Shown piece after piece: positions 1 to 9,294 of a stretch of 23,307 nt of DNA. The DNA is from Elusimicrobiota bacterium (lineage in GTDB: Bacteria > Elusimicrobiota > Elusimicrobia > Elusimicrobiales > UBA9959): NCBI GenBank assembly GCA_037137395.1, contig JBAXKK010000037.1:1-23307 (forward strand), read 5' to 3'. The notes under the pieces were generated by a model that had not been told where the DNA came from, ran no database searches, and saw nothing but the letters and a program-made list of their open reading frames with translations. Position 1 is the stretch's first letter. Each line of letters begins with the position of its first letter. The position numbers and the translations under genes are program-made.

Positions 1-181
1 TGTGCTGCGCTTCAAAGACGGACCTGCCGCGGAGCATACCCTCGAAAAGCCGGGGCGATTCCACGACATGCATCTCGCATTTCTCCACCTTGCCGTTCTT
101 CACATTGACCACGATGTCACCGTGTCCCTCAACGCGGGTAATGTACTCCACTTTTATATCAAGATCTTTATTTTCCGCCAT
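1..181 (-). CDS. hydA: Group 3b [NiFe]-hydrogenase large (alpha) subunit, 5' part only (truncated at window edge)
   Basis: Not in the ORF track. Manual translation from ATG at 181 gives MAENKDLDIKVEYITRVEGHGDIVVNVKNGKVEKCEMHVVESPRLFEGMLRGRSVFEAQH. RVEGHG and ESPRxFEG are large-subunit N-terminal signatures. SD-like AAGGAAGG upstream; overlaps the stop of the small subunit. Confidence 0.92.
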   Translation of the reverse strand, partial: MAENKDLDIKVEYITRVEGHGDIVVNVKNGKVEKCEMHVVESPRLFEGMLRGRSVFEAQH

Positions 182-944
182 TGATGTCACCTTCCTTGCA
201 CTTGTTGTACATGTCGAATTTGTTCTTTATGAGATCGGCGTTAAGTTTGTATTTGCCGATAACTTCGGCGGCGGCGTTCTTGGCGGGGTTTTTAACCTCG
301 CCGCGACAGCCGTAACAGATGTTGCCGTTACTGGTGCACCAGGAATTGCAGCCGCCTTTGGTCCAGGGGCCCAGGCACGAGACGCCCTTGTCGTACATAC
401 AGACATTCTCGTTAAGCTTGCATTCCACGCAAACCGGATTATCGGGCACGGTGTAAGGAAGTCCGCGCAGCGCGCATTTAATAACTTCAACCAGTTCCGG
501 CGGATATATAGGACAGCCGTTCACGAAGTAATCAACCTTCACCACCTGATGAATGGGTCTGGTCTTGGAGCTGTCAAACAGCTTAAAGTCCTTGCCGTAC
601 ACATACTGGCGGATCTCGTCGAGCTCGAACGAGTTCTTCATCCCGTTAACTCCGCCGATACAGGCGCAGGCGCCGTAGGCGATCAGAACTTTGGAGCGCG
701 CGCGTATCTTTTTGATGCGTTCTTCGGCGTGATGGTCGGTTATGGATCCTTCAATTATGACAACGTCATAATCCTTGTCCCATTTCTCGCTCATCACTTC
801 GCGGAATTCCACCACGTCGATGGCGCCCAGAATGTCAAGCAGCGCCTCTCCGAGATTGGCCACCTGAAGCTGACAACCTTCGCAGCACGCGAAGTCAAAG
901 AAGGCCACTTTAGGTTTGGTTGATGTAATTGGTGCGTTAGTCAT
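168..944 (-). CDS. hydD: Group 3b [NiFe]-hydrogenase small (delta) subunit
   Basis: CCEGC, IEGSI, YGACA..GG, GCP and a Cys-rich C-terminus (CVEC, CLGP..GGC..C, CYGC). Position in the operon fits. Confidence 0.92.
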   Translation of the reverse strand: MTNAPITSTKPKVAFFDFACCEGCQLQVANLGEALLDILGAIDVVEFREVMSEKWDKDYDVVIIEGSITDHHAEERIKKIRARSKVLIAYGACACIGGVNGMKNSFELDEIRQYVYGKDFKLFDSSKTRPIHQVVKVDYFVNGCPIYPPELVEVIKCALRGLPYTVPDNPVCVECKLNENVCMYDKGVSCLGPWTKGGCNSWCTSNGNICYGCRGEVKNPAKNAAAEVIGKYKLNADLIKNKFDMYNKCKEGDINGGK

Positions 945-961
945 CTTAGATCCCCTTTGAG

Positions 962-1798
962 TTAAAGTTTCTTCGCCTCTTTCACTTCGTCGTAAGTGAA
1001 AGTCGGGCCGTCCTTGCAGCAGTAATAATTCTTAGGATGGTCTATCTGGCAATGCCCGCATTTTCCCATGCCGCATTTCATATGCCGCTCCAGCGACAGA
1101 ACAATATGCCTTTCCGGAATATTCTTCTTAAGGAGTTCAGCGATGACGAACTTATACATGATGGGCGGGCCCACGACCACGGCGAAAGTCCTCTCCGGCT
1201 GTATGGTCACGCCGGGGATAAGCGTGGTGATAAGACCCACGTTACCTTTCCAGTCCGGATCGGTCCTGTCAACGGTGCAGTGAAATCCGACATCCAGCCT
1301 CTCCTGCCATTTCGCGACTTCAGAACCGAAGATCATGTCTTTAGGGGTGCGGCAGCCGAGCAGAATGTCCACTTTGCCGAAGTCCTTGCGGTTATCTATC
1401 ACATAATTGATTAGGGACCGCAGCGGCGCCAGCCCCAGACCGCCGGCCACGAACAGAAGGTCATTGCCGACCATAACTTTGACCGGGAAAGGCTTACCGA
1501 ATGGCCCGCGTATCCCTACATAATCTCCGACGTCAAGCTTATGCATGGCGTCGGTCAGACGGCCCGCAGATCTGACGGTCAGCTCAAAAGAGCCCCGCTT
1601 GGTGGGGCTTGAGCAGATGGAGATGGGTGCTTCCCCTATGCCGTAAAGCTCCACCTGAACGAATTGTCCGGGTTCATGGTCCAGCTCACCGTCCTCAAGC
1701 TGTATGTCGAACCATTTCTCGGCGGCGGTCATCTGCTTGGCCGCGATAATTTTTCCTTTCCTTAATTTCCAGTTAGAATTTTTTATTTCCTCAGTCAT
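962..1798 (-). CDS. hydG: Sulfhydrogenase gamma subunit (FAD/NAD(P)-binding, 2Fe-2S)
   Basis: PGQF, GEAPISI, RGPFG, AGGLGLAP, VGPPIM and ERHMKCGMGKCGHC..CKDGP motifs. Confidence 0.92.
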   Translation of the reverse strand: MTEEIKNSNWKLRKGKIIAAKQMTAAEKWFDIQLEDGELDHEPGQFVQVELYGIGEAPISICSSPTKRGSFELTVRSAGRLTDAMHKLDVGDYVGIRGPFGKPFPVKVMVGNDLLFVAGGLGLAPLRSLINYVIDNRKDFGKVDILLGCRTPKDMIFGSEVAKWQERLDVGFHCTVDRTDPDWKGNVGLITTLIPGVTIQPERTFAVVVGPPIMYKFVIAELLKKNIPERHIVLSLERHMKCGMGKCGHCQIDHPKNYYCCKDGPTFTYDEVKEAKKL

Positions 1799-2829
1799 AC
1801 GTTTTCCTTCACGAGAGATGTAAGGGTCTCCTTAAGGCTGATGTCGGCCATGCAGGTCCTGGTGCAGCGCCCGCAGCCGGTGCAGAAAAACCGGTAGAAT
1901 TTATCTACTGAGTACTTGAATTTTCTGTAGAACCGATGGCGCTGACGGTCAGAGCGCTCTTCCCGGAAGTTCTCCCCGCCGGCCACGGCTGCAAAAGTCT
2001 CCACCTGGCATGAATCCCAGGTCCGGTTCCGGGAACCGGTCTTCATGTCAAGGTTTATAGTATCCGCCATGTCGAAGCAGTAGCAACTCGGACAGACATT
2101 TGTGCAGTTGCCGCAGGAAACGCAGCGCCGGCCCACGTCTTCCCAAACCTTGCTCTTGACGCCCTTGGCGAATATTTCCGGCAGCTTGCGCGGATCAACT
2201 CCAACCTCGTTCTTAAAAGCGGAGCGCTTATGCTCGCGCACTTTTTCCAGAGCCGCTGTGTCGGCGTGAGAGGCCCTGGGAAGCCCCATCCCCTCCACAA
2301 GATCCTCGGCTTTCTGGGTGTTGACATGGATGATAAATCTGTCGCCCAGATCGGTAAAGAACAGGTCGTAACCGCCGCTGGGGATGTGGGAACTTACCAG
2401 AGCGCAACTGGCGTTTTCGTCGCAATAATCATTGCATTCCAGGCCGATGAGGAATATTTTATCTTTCCTGCGCAGGTAATTATAATCCCTCGGACGCTCT
2501 GAGAATACCATGTTCAGGCACTGGATGCCGGCCAGGTCACAGGTATGTACGCCGAAAACCGCTATTTCTTCGGCTTCAACCACGGCTTTATCCGCGGGTG
2601 CGGCGCCGGAAATATCAAAATCCAGCATCTTCTCACGCTGAGGCATGAAATATTTTTTGGGAGGAAGGATCGTGGGAATATATTGAAGCGCTATCTCGGA
2701 GGCCGCTTTGACCTCCTGGAAAGCGAAGCTGCCGGCTCCCTTGGCTACGGGGGCGACAACTTTCATTTTATTAGAAAGCTTTTTGATAAAGCCATCCAGT
2801 TCGTCTTTTTTGAGTATATGATAATTCAC
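1795..2829 (-). CDS. hydB: Sulfhydrogenase beta subunit (4Fe-4S dicluster, AsrA-like)
   Basis: CVSCGNCTNVCPSCYCF and CTGCGRCTRTC motifs. GTG start preceded by GGAGG. 4-bp overlap with the gamma subunit. Confidence 0.9.
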   Translation of the reverse strand: MNYHILKKDELDGFIKKLSNKMKVVAPVAKGAGSFAFQEVKAASEIALQYIPTILPPKKYFMPQREKMLDFDISGAAPADKAVVEAEEIAVFGVHTCDLAGIQCLNMVFSERPRDYNYLRRKDKIFLIGLECNDYCDENASCALVSSHIPSGGYDLFFTDLGDRFIIHVNTQKAEDLVEGMGLPRASHADTAALEKVREHKRSAFKNEVGVDPRKLPEIFAKGVKSKVWEDVGRRCVSCGNCTNVCPSCYCFDMADTINLDMKTGSRNRTWDSCQVETFAAVAGGENFREERSDRQRHRFYRKFKYSVDKFYRFFCTGCGRCTRTCMADISLKETLTSLVKENV

Positions 2830-3209
2830 TCGCTTAGACCTCCATAGAAGAGTATTAAATTACCTGTATATTATAATTAAAATGACGCTCTTTTCCTATT
2901 CAGCCGCGTTTCACGAACCCGGATGACCCTGACACAATATAAGGCAAGCTAATAAAGGTCCACGGTAAAAAGGAGAGGGACTGCTTGGAGTGACCCCGTT
3001 TTTCCGGGTCACGCGCGCTTGTGTGCAGATTAGAAAAATTAATGGAGCCGCTAGTCCTACGTTTAGCGCTTAACGCGGATTTTATTTCTTCGTTTTACCG
3101 ATGGCCTCCGCAGGCTGGGAGCACCAGCCAAGGATCAAGCGTGAATCGCTTAACGATACGGCCCAAAAATCATAATCCGCGAACCCGATAAATTATGTCG
3201 CATTATTGA

Positions 3210-3238
3210 TTGAAGACACGGCGCGTAACTGGTAAAAT
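3210..3238 (+). promoter_or_regulatory. Sigma70-type promoter for the sixA operon, probably leaderless
   Basis: TTGAAG, 17-bp spacer, TAAAAT with TG extension. ATG lies 6 nt after the -10 and there is no SD. Confidence 0.55.
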
Positions 3239-3244
3239 GTCTTA

Positions 3245-3727
3245 ATGAAAGAATTAATTATAATGCGCCACGGCTTGGCGCTTTCGGCCCAGGAATCCGG
3301 TCCCCGCGGTGATGCCGGCAGAAAACTGTCCGAGGACGGGGAAGTTCAGATAGAGATTTCTTCAAAGCGCCTGGAAGAACTCGGAGTTTCTCCCGGCGTC
3401 ATAATCTCAAGTCCTTTCTTGCGCGCCGTGGAGACAGCCGACATAGCGGCAAAACACTTTCCAGCCGCCAGGCGCGTCATCGAGCCCGCCCTTATTTCCA
3501 TGGCCCCCCTCTCCGACATAATCAACTCCATAGCGAAGGCCGCCGCCGGCGAACCGTCCGCGCTGGTAATAGGGCATCAGCCCACTCTGGGATCCCTGTG
3601 CGGCCTCCTGCTCAAGGCGGACAGCCCGCATTTCAGCACCGGCTGTTTCGCCCGCCTTAAATGCTCCGACGGGCCCGGCTACGAGAAAGCCGAGTTGGCG
3701 GAATTCTTCACTCCGGAGAGTTTTTGA
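3245..3727 (+). CDS. sixA: Phosphohistidine phosphatase SixA (histidine phosphatase superfamily)
   Basis: MRHG, SSPFLRAVETA and IGHQP motifs; 160 aa. Confidence 0.88.
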   Translation: MKELIIMRHGLALSAQESGPRGDAGRKLSEDGEVQIEISSKRLEELGVSPGVIISSPFLRAVETADIAAKHFPAARRVIEPALISMAPLSDIINSIAKAAAGEPSALVIGHQPTLGSLCGLLLKADSPHFSTGCFARLKCSDGPGYEKAELAEFFTPESF

Positions 3728-4884
3728 AAAAACTAATCCTCCTGACGGCCTGCCTTCTGGCGACCGGACCGCTTTCCGCCAAGGAGCGGATGGTAAAGAT
3801 CCTGCTCTATTCCGTAAGCAAGCCGGCGGCCCTGACTCTGACCCCCGGGCAGGAAAAAGTTTTCATCAACGCCATACCCCTTAAAGCGTCTACTCTTATT
3901 TCGGCGAACGGATCCATTGTAAGCGTTAAAGGTTTCGGACCGGCCAGAAAAACCGCGCGCCTAAATATATCCGGCAAGGGCGCCTGGCTCTCCGGCAACA
4001 TGAGTCCTAAGCGCCTTTACAAAGGCTTGCTGGAAATCACCGCTGAAAAAGGGCGCCTCAAAATCATTAACACTATCCCCCTTGAAGAATATATCGCCAG
4101 CGTGACTTCAGGCGAGGCCGGAGATCTTTCGCAAACGGAAGCTTTTAAAGCGCAGGCGTTGGCCGCGCGCACCTACACCCTGAAACACATCGGAAATCAT
4201 GTTAAAGACGGATACAATATGTGCGATTCAACACATTGTCAGCTCTTCACCGGTTTCGGCGCTGTCAGGCCCATTGCCCGGGCCGCGGCTGATTCCACGC
4301 GAGGCGAGATCGTCACCTATCAGGATAAGCCGGCAGCTACCTTCTATCATTCCATCTGCGGCGGCAGGACCGAGACCATGACCTATGTGTGGCCGTTCGA
4401 ACATAAGCCATATCTGGTCTCTATCATGGACGGGCCCGCCAGAAAGCCATATTGTTCTATAGCGCCCGGCTTCAGCTGGAAGACCCGCATATCAATGAAG
4501 GCGCTTACCGGGATGGCGCGCTTGCAAAGATGGATATTGCCGGATGAGAATATACGAAAAATGGAAGTGCTTGACCGGGGGATTTCAAAGCGGGCGGTGA
4601 CACTCCAGTTTTCCACCGAAAGACGGAGCGTCAGAATCTCAGCCACTAATTTTTATCATGGCGTAGGCCGCCGCAAAGGGTGGGCCGCTATACGAAGCGC
4701 TCTATTCTATGTCTACTCCGGCAAAGATTATGTAGTATTGGAAGGTAAGGGCAACGGACACGGAGTTGGAATGTGCCAGTGGGGCGCGGAAGGCATGGCG
4801 CGGCGCGGCTTCAAATACCGCGATATACTGACTCACTATTACCCCGGGACGGTCTGTAAAAACATTAACGATTCTCAAGATTAA
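3724..4884 (+). CDS. SpoIID/LytB-domain protein (secreted lytic transglycosylase-like)
   Basis: LEEYIASV, EAFKAQALAARTY, CDSTHCQ, YHSICGG, GNGHGVGMCQWGA and ILTHYYPG motifs. Start moved to TTG 3724, which overlaps the sixA stop and gives a signal peptide (MKKLILLTACLLATGPLSA). Confidence 0.9.
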   Translation: MKKLILLTACLLATGPLSAKERMVKILLYSVSKPAALTLTPGQEKVFINAIPLKASTLISANGSIVSVKGFGPARKTARLNISGKGAWLSGNMSPKRLYKGLLEITAEKGRLKIINTIPLEEYIASVTSGEAGDLSQTEAFKAQALAARTYTLKHIGNHVKDGYNMCDSTHCQLFTGFGAVRPIARAAADSTRGEIVTYQDKPAATFYHSICGGRTETMTYVWPFEHKPYLVSIMDGPARKPYCSIAPGFSWKTRISMKALTGMARLQRWILPDENIRKMEVLDRGISKRAVTLQFSTERRSVRISATNFYHGVGRRKGWAAIRSALFYVYSGKDYVVLEGKGNGHGVGMCQWGAEGMARRGFKYRDILTHYYPGTVCKNINDSQD

Positions 4885-4889
4885 ATCCT

Positions 4890-5672
4890 ATGACTGAACT
4901 TCACGCGGTTATATTGGGCGTACTGCAGGGCGTGGGAGAATTCCTGCCAATATCGAGTTCCGCTCACTTGGCGCTGGCGCCTTATATCTTCGGCTGGGGA
5001 TACCAGGGCCTGGCCTATGATGTCATGCTCCACCTCGGCACGCTCCTTGCCATCGCCGTATATTTCGCCCCGGACTGGCTGGGCATAATCAAGTCCGGAT
5101 TGACCAGGCCCAATGAACGCGACGGACGCCTGCTCTGGCTGCTGGCCGCCGGAAGCGTCCCGGCCGCGGTCGCGGGCCTGCTATTTAACGACCTGGCGGA
5201 ACACGCTTTTCGCGACCCCGCATGGATAGCCTTCAATCTTCTGTTTTTTTCCGGACTTATTTATTTAGCCGACAGGTCCCCCTCTCAGGCGAAAAAGGCC
5301 GCCGACATAACACTGCAGGACATACTATTTATAGGCCTTGCCCAGGCTGTGGCGATAATGCCGGGCGCTTCCCGCTCAGGCATGACCATTATGGCGGCCC
5401 TGTTCCTTGGCTACGCCCGGTACGACGCCGCGCGACTCTCCTTTCTGCTTGCGACTCCTGTCATCTTAGGCGCCGGCCTTCTGGAGGCGCGCAAGATAGC
5501 GCCGGCTGACCTGAATGCCGCGTTCGCCGCGGGGGTTGTCGCCGCGTTTATAGCGGGCATACTCTCGATAAAATTCCTGCTTTCATACCTGAAAAGCAGG
5601 GATCTTAAACCGTTCATAGCCTACCGCGTTATACTGGGATTATTTATATTCTGGAAGGTTTGCTTCGGCTGA
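4890..5672 (+). CDS. uppP: Undecaprenyl-diphosphate phosphatase
   Basis: QGVGEFLPISSSAHL, HLGT and PGASRSG motifs; multi-TM protein. Confidence 0.95.
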   Translation: MTELHAVILGVLQGVGEFLPISSSAHLALAPYIFGWGYQGLAYDVMLHLGTLLAIAVYFAPDWLGIIKSGLTRPNERDGRLLWLLAAGSVPAAVAGLLFNDLAEHAFRDPAWIAFNLLFFSGLIYLADRSPSQAKKAADITLQDILFIGLAQAVAIMPGASRSGMTIMAALFLGYARYDAARLSFLLATPVILGAGLLEARKIAPADLNAAFAAGVVAAFIAGILSIKFLLSYLKSRDLKPFIAYRVILGLFIFWKVCFG

Positions 5673-5686
5673 AAAAGGCAGTTACC

Positions 5687-6973
5687 CTAACCCCTGGCCC
5701 CTAAACCCTCTTCATTGAGCGCAGGAAAAGTAATTTTCACAAGGGCGCCGCCGGAGGGTCCGTTGGCTATAGAAAACTCTCCGTCATGCTTTGTCATTAT
5801 CTGCGCGCAGACGTAAAGGCCCAGGCCGGTGCCGCCTGACTCTTTCCTGGTGGTTTTAAAAGCCTTGATCCCGCCGTTCAGCATCGGCTCTGGAAAGCCA
5901 GGCCCATTGTCCGACATCTCAACCACAATTTTATCTCCGTCAGCGAAGCCCTTTATAAGGATCTCCCCATTCCGCGGAACAAATGATAGAGAGTTAGACA
6001 ACACGTTTATGAACAGGCGCTCGATGTGAACCTTGCTCATATTAACCAGCGGTAGATCAGGAGAAAGTTCCACCTTTATAGAAACCACGTTTTTCTGAGC
6101 CGCGTAAGCCACCAGCTGAACGGCGTTTTCAACTGACTCGCTTATGGCACCCGGCTTAAAGGAATATTCCTGACCCTGCGCGATGCCAAGAGCGTTAGCG
6201 ATAATACTTTTAGAAAATCTCGCGGCCTTCACTATCCGGGCGAGATCCTTCCTGTCAACCACCTCATCTTCACTGGCTATCTGCGCGCTCAAAAGGATAA
6301 CGGAAACCGAGTTGCCGAGGTCGTGCATGATTCCGCTGGCCAGCTGCCCGACCTCCCCCGCCGACGCCGTTCGCACGATATCAGTGTTTTTATCCATAAG
6401 CTCACGGGTCATCACCTCAACTTCCTTACGCTTGGACATAAGGCTGAATTCCGCCTTCTTCCTCGCGTCCGCCGTGCGATAAACCACCGCCGCAGACAGG
6501 GTGAACACCGATAGCTTGATAAGCAGGCTCATAACAGCCGCCAGATCCATCAGGGACAACGGCAGAGAAAACAGCGTTACCGCCAGAGCGGCCAGGAAAA
6601 CAACTCCGGCAACGTCCTTCATGCTTACCAAAAGAGCCGAAGCGAATATCGGCAGCAGATAGAGAACCCAGAAATACGAATCCCCGCCGCCGGAATAGTA
6701 AAGAACTCCGGTTATAACCCACAGATTGAAAACCAGGATTGAATCTATAACCCAAAGGCTGACGGAAGCCCGGTTGCGCAGCACCTGGTTAAAAATAAAA
6801 TTTGAAACCATCAACAGCAGAAAGAAATAAAGAATCCTTGGATAGCCTATCTGGGGATTGTTGCGATAAAAAAAAGCTATCGCGACCATAAAAACCGAAA
6901 AAACCACCTCGTAGGAATTTTTGGAAAAATTACTGACGCGACCTCTGTTTAAAGCCTGTAAAAAGTTCGCCAT
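5687..6973 (-). CDS. Membrane sensor histidine kinase (orphan)
   Basis: Hydrophobic multi-TM N-terminus, H-box HDLGN, N-box NVLSNS, DNGPG, GTGLGL. ATG 6973 preferred over TTG 7006. Confidence 0.9.
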   Translation of the reverse strand: MANFLQALNRGRVSNFSKNSYEVVFSVFMVAIAFFYRNNPQIGYPRILYFFLLLMVSNFIFNQVLRNRASVSLWVIDSILVFNLWVITGVLYYSGGGDSYFWVLYLLPIFASALLVSMKDVAGVVFLAALAVTLFSLPLSLMDLAAVMSLLIKLSVFTLSAAVVYRTADARKKAEFSLMSKRKEVEVMTRELMDKNTDIVRTASAGEVGQLASGIMHDLGNSVSVILLSAQIASEDEVVDRKDLARIVKAARFSKSIIANALGIAQGQEYSFKPGAISESVENAVQLVAYAAQKNVVSIKVELSPDLPLVNMSKVHIERLFINVLSNSLSFVPRNGEILIKGFADGDKIVVEMSDNGPGFPEPMLNGGIKAFKTTRKESGGTGLGLYVCAQIMTKHDGEFSIANGPSGGALVKITFPALNEEGLGARG

Positions 6974-7023
6974 GCGATAAATATAGCATTTTTTTCGCGC
7001 GTCCAAAAACCGGTACGCCCCGG

Positions 7024-7199
7024 CCCCAAAAGCTCCGTAAAACCAAGCCGTCTTTCCGACTCCGTCTCACCGGCGAAAGCCGGTGCCCAGATTATGACAG
7101 TACACTGGACCCCGGCGTTCACCGGGGAGACATCAAAGGCATCACAAGAACGATGAGAAATGGCTCGGCGATACCTCCGCTCTACATGAGCTTTTGGGG
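7024..7199. mobile_element. MITE-like element copy A with internal REP-type hairpin pair
   Basis: 12-bp perfect terminal inverted repeat CCCCAAAAGCTC (7024-7035) / GAGCTTTTGGGG (7188-7199). Internal palindromes at 7064-7089 and 7106-7131. Homologous to 19975-20227 in opposite orientation. Confidence 0.7.
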
Positions 7200-7245
7200 G
7201 CCGGCGCTACGCTCTGCTACCGGCAGACTATGATATAATTATCCC

Positions 7246-8328
7246 ATGACCGAGCAACCTAAACCCTTAAATTTCCTCAAATTCGACAAGATCCAGCTTT
7301 TTAATTTTTTCTTTTTCGGAATATTAATATTCCTCCTGTATCAGCTTTTAAAAATACTTTCCCCTTTCCTCGGCGCTATACTGGTGGCCGGGACTCTGGC
7401 TCTGATCTTCTACCCGGTTCATCTTTGGATAAAGCGCCGCGTCACGGCCAACAACAACGCAGCGTCCGTGCTTTCCACCAGCGTCGTCCTGCTGACCGTG
7501 GTTCTGCCGCTGTTTGTCTTCGGCTGGTTGCTTTTAAAGGAGTCAAAGGAGATCTATCCTAAGACCAACCAGTGGCTGGCCAATTTTTCCCAGACCGGCA
7601 TCGATCTCCGGATGCCGGAAGGGCTCCGTTCGTTATGGGATATCAACGTGGGAGATATCGTATTAGGCAATATAAAGAATCTGCAGGAAAACATCATGAA
7701 GTCCGGCGGCACGATTCTGAAGAATATCTTTTTCTTATTCGTAAACTTCCTGGTGATAATCGCTACACTGTTCGCGTTCTTCAGGGACGGAGAACGACTG
7801 CTCCACTGGCTCATAGACATAATGCCGATGGACGCGGAACATAAATACCGCATAGCAAACCAGCTTTATATAACCACCATCGCGGTAGTCAGGGGGATCC
7901 TGCTTACCGCCGCCTTGCAGGGCTTTACCGGAATAATCGGTTACGCTCTCGCGGGCGTTCCGGCCCCCATACTTCTGGGTGTGCTGACATCTTTCGCCGC
8001 GCTGGTACCATTCGTCGGCACCAGTCTTATCTGGATCCCACTTGGCCTCGCTTTTATTTTCATAAAGGGCGTCTCCACCGGCGTGTTCATATTGCTCTGG
8101 GGCGCGCTGGTGATCGGCCTTATAGACAACATCGTGCGGCCGATCCTGATAGGTCAGAAAGCCAAGCTTCCAATATTCCTGCTGTTCCTCGGTATTTTCG
8201 GCGGCCTTCGGGTCTACGGGCCGATAGGTATTTTCATGGGCCCGCTCCTGATATCGTGCCTCATCGTCTTCCTGCAAATCTATAAGGAAGCAAAAAATCT
8301 TGGCCAAGAACAAAATAAAGCTTCATAG
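7246..8328 (+). CDS. AI-2E family transporter (PerM/YdiK-like)
   Basis: 360-aa multi-TM protein with FFRDG, LVPFVGT, DNIVRPILIG and FGG..YGPIGIFMGP motifs. Confidence 0.92.
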   Translation: MTEQPKPLNFLKFDKIQLFNFFFFGILIFLLYQLLKILSPFLGAILVAGTLALIFYPVHLWIKRRVTANNNAASVLSTSVVLLTVVLPLFVFGWLLLKESKEIYPKTNQWLANFSQTGIDLRMPEGLRSLWDINVGDIVLGNIKNLQENIMKSGGTILKNIFFLFVNFLVIIATLFAFFRDGERLLHWLIDIMPMDAEHKYRIANQLYITTIAVVRGILLTAALQGFTGIIGYALAGVPAPILLGVLTSFAALVPFVGTSLIWIPLGLAFIFIKGVSTGVFILLWGALVIGLIDNIVRPILIGQKAKLPIFLLFLGIFGGLRVYGPIGIFMGPLLISCLIVFLQIYKEAKNLGQEQNKAS

Positions 8329-8349
8329 CCGGCGGCTATGAAGCTTTAT
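8315..8349. terminator. Perfect 16-bp hairpin overlapping the AI-2E stop codon; probable bidirectional terminator
   Basis: ATAAAGCTTCATAGCC-ggc-GGCTATGAAGCTTTAT, between convergent genes. Confidence 0.65.
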
Positions 8350-8448
8350 GTCGGAAGGCTCCTTTATACTTTCTGCGTACGGCAAACGGCAAATAGCTAA
8401 TAGCTTTTTGCTCTGCCAATTGCACACCTTCCACATAAGATAATAATG

Positions 8449-9165
8449 TTATTTTTCTTCCGCAACAGCGCAGAGTTTTCTTATCGCGCAAAAGGAGCAC
8501 GTTCCTTTGCGGGAAAGATCAAGGGCCAGGATTTTTTCCCCGGTCTCGCGCAGGAGAGCCAGGACGCCCTCTTCACCGGACGGGTCGTATGGGACGGAGA
8601 TCTTCTCACCCTTTACGAGCAGATACCAGGAGATGATCTTAACATCCATATTAAAAGCCCTTTTCAGGCCGATAGCGTACATTGAAAGCTGGAGGTCGCT
8701 CTTAAGATCTTCAGCGGTTTTCGGTTCGAACCCCATTTTATAATCTATAAGTTCACAACCTCCGCTCACGCGGTCAACCCTGTCCATGGTGCCGCGCACG
8801 CGCCACCGCTCAAATTCGAATTCAAATTCTTTTTCCGTGAAAACAACCTCCGCTTTAGCGGCATCCTGTTCGGCTTTAAGATAATTTTCAAGCACTTTAC
8901 GGCCCTTGCCGTAAAACTCCAGAGTCTGCTGAGGCGTCTCAAAACCATGATGGTGCCAACCCTCGTCATAATAAAGCATTAAGTCACTCAAGTCCCCGCC
9001 TTTAGAATGATACCGGTCAAGAGCGCGATGAACCGATATCCCCAGCGAAGAAAAAGGCGTATGGGGAGCGTAATTGCGGTCCAGATACAGGTATTTATAC
9101 AGGTAGGGGCAGTTAAGGTAAGCCTTGACCTTGGAAAAATTAAGTTCAAAAGGGTCGGAATGCAT
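8449..9165 (-). CDS. Stand-alone PD-(D/E)XK nuclease (RecB/AddB/Cas4-like) with putative 4Fe-4S staple
   Basis: SKVKAYLNCP, GISVH, GTMDRVD, LIDYK, QLSMYA and a C-terminal CSFCAIRKLC (Cys19 plus Cys223/226/232). Confidence 0.88.
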   Translation of the reverse strand: MHSDPFELNFSKVKAYLNCPYLYKYLYLDRNYAPHTPFSSLGISVHRALDRYHSKGGDLSDLMLYYDEGWHHHGFETPQQTLEFYGKGRKVLENYLKAEQDAAKAEVVFTEKEFEFEFERWRVRGTMDRVDRVSGGCELIDYKMGFEPKTAEDLKSDLQLSMYAIGLKRAFNMDVKIISWYLLVKGEKISVPYDPSGEEGVLALLRETGEKILALDLSRKGTCSFCAIRKLCAVAEEK

Positions 9166-9294
9166 AATAAATAACTTGCCGTTAGCCGTATGCTTTTTGC
9201 CGTACGCAGAAACTGTAAAAAAACTTCCTTACTGACTTATAGCGTAAAGCAAATGGCGGTTGTTATTCTGCGAATGGCAAACGGCCAATGGCGT

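Noticed and set aside
2..923. Plus-strand ORFs 2..184 and 90..923
   Set aside because: Antisense shadows of the hydrogenase genes.
3661..3723. Upstream start of the SpoIID/LytB ORF
   Set aside because: It overlaps sixA by more than 60 bp and buries the signal peptide; TTG 3724 fits better.
8449..9165. cas4 of a CRISPR-Cas system
   Set aside because: No cas1, cas2 or array nearby, and the motifs fit generic RecB-family PD-(D/E)XK nucleases equally well.
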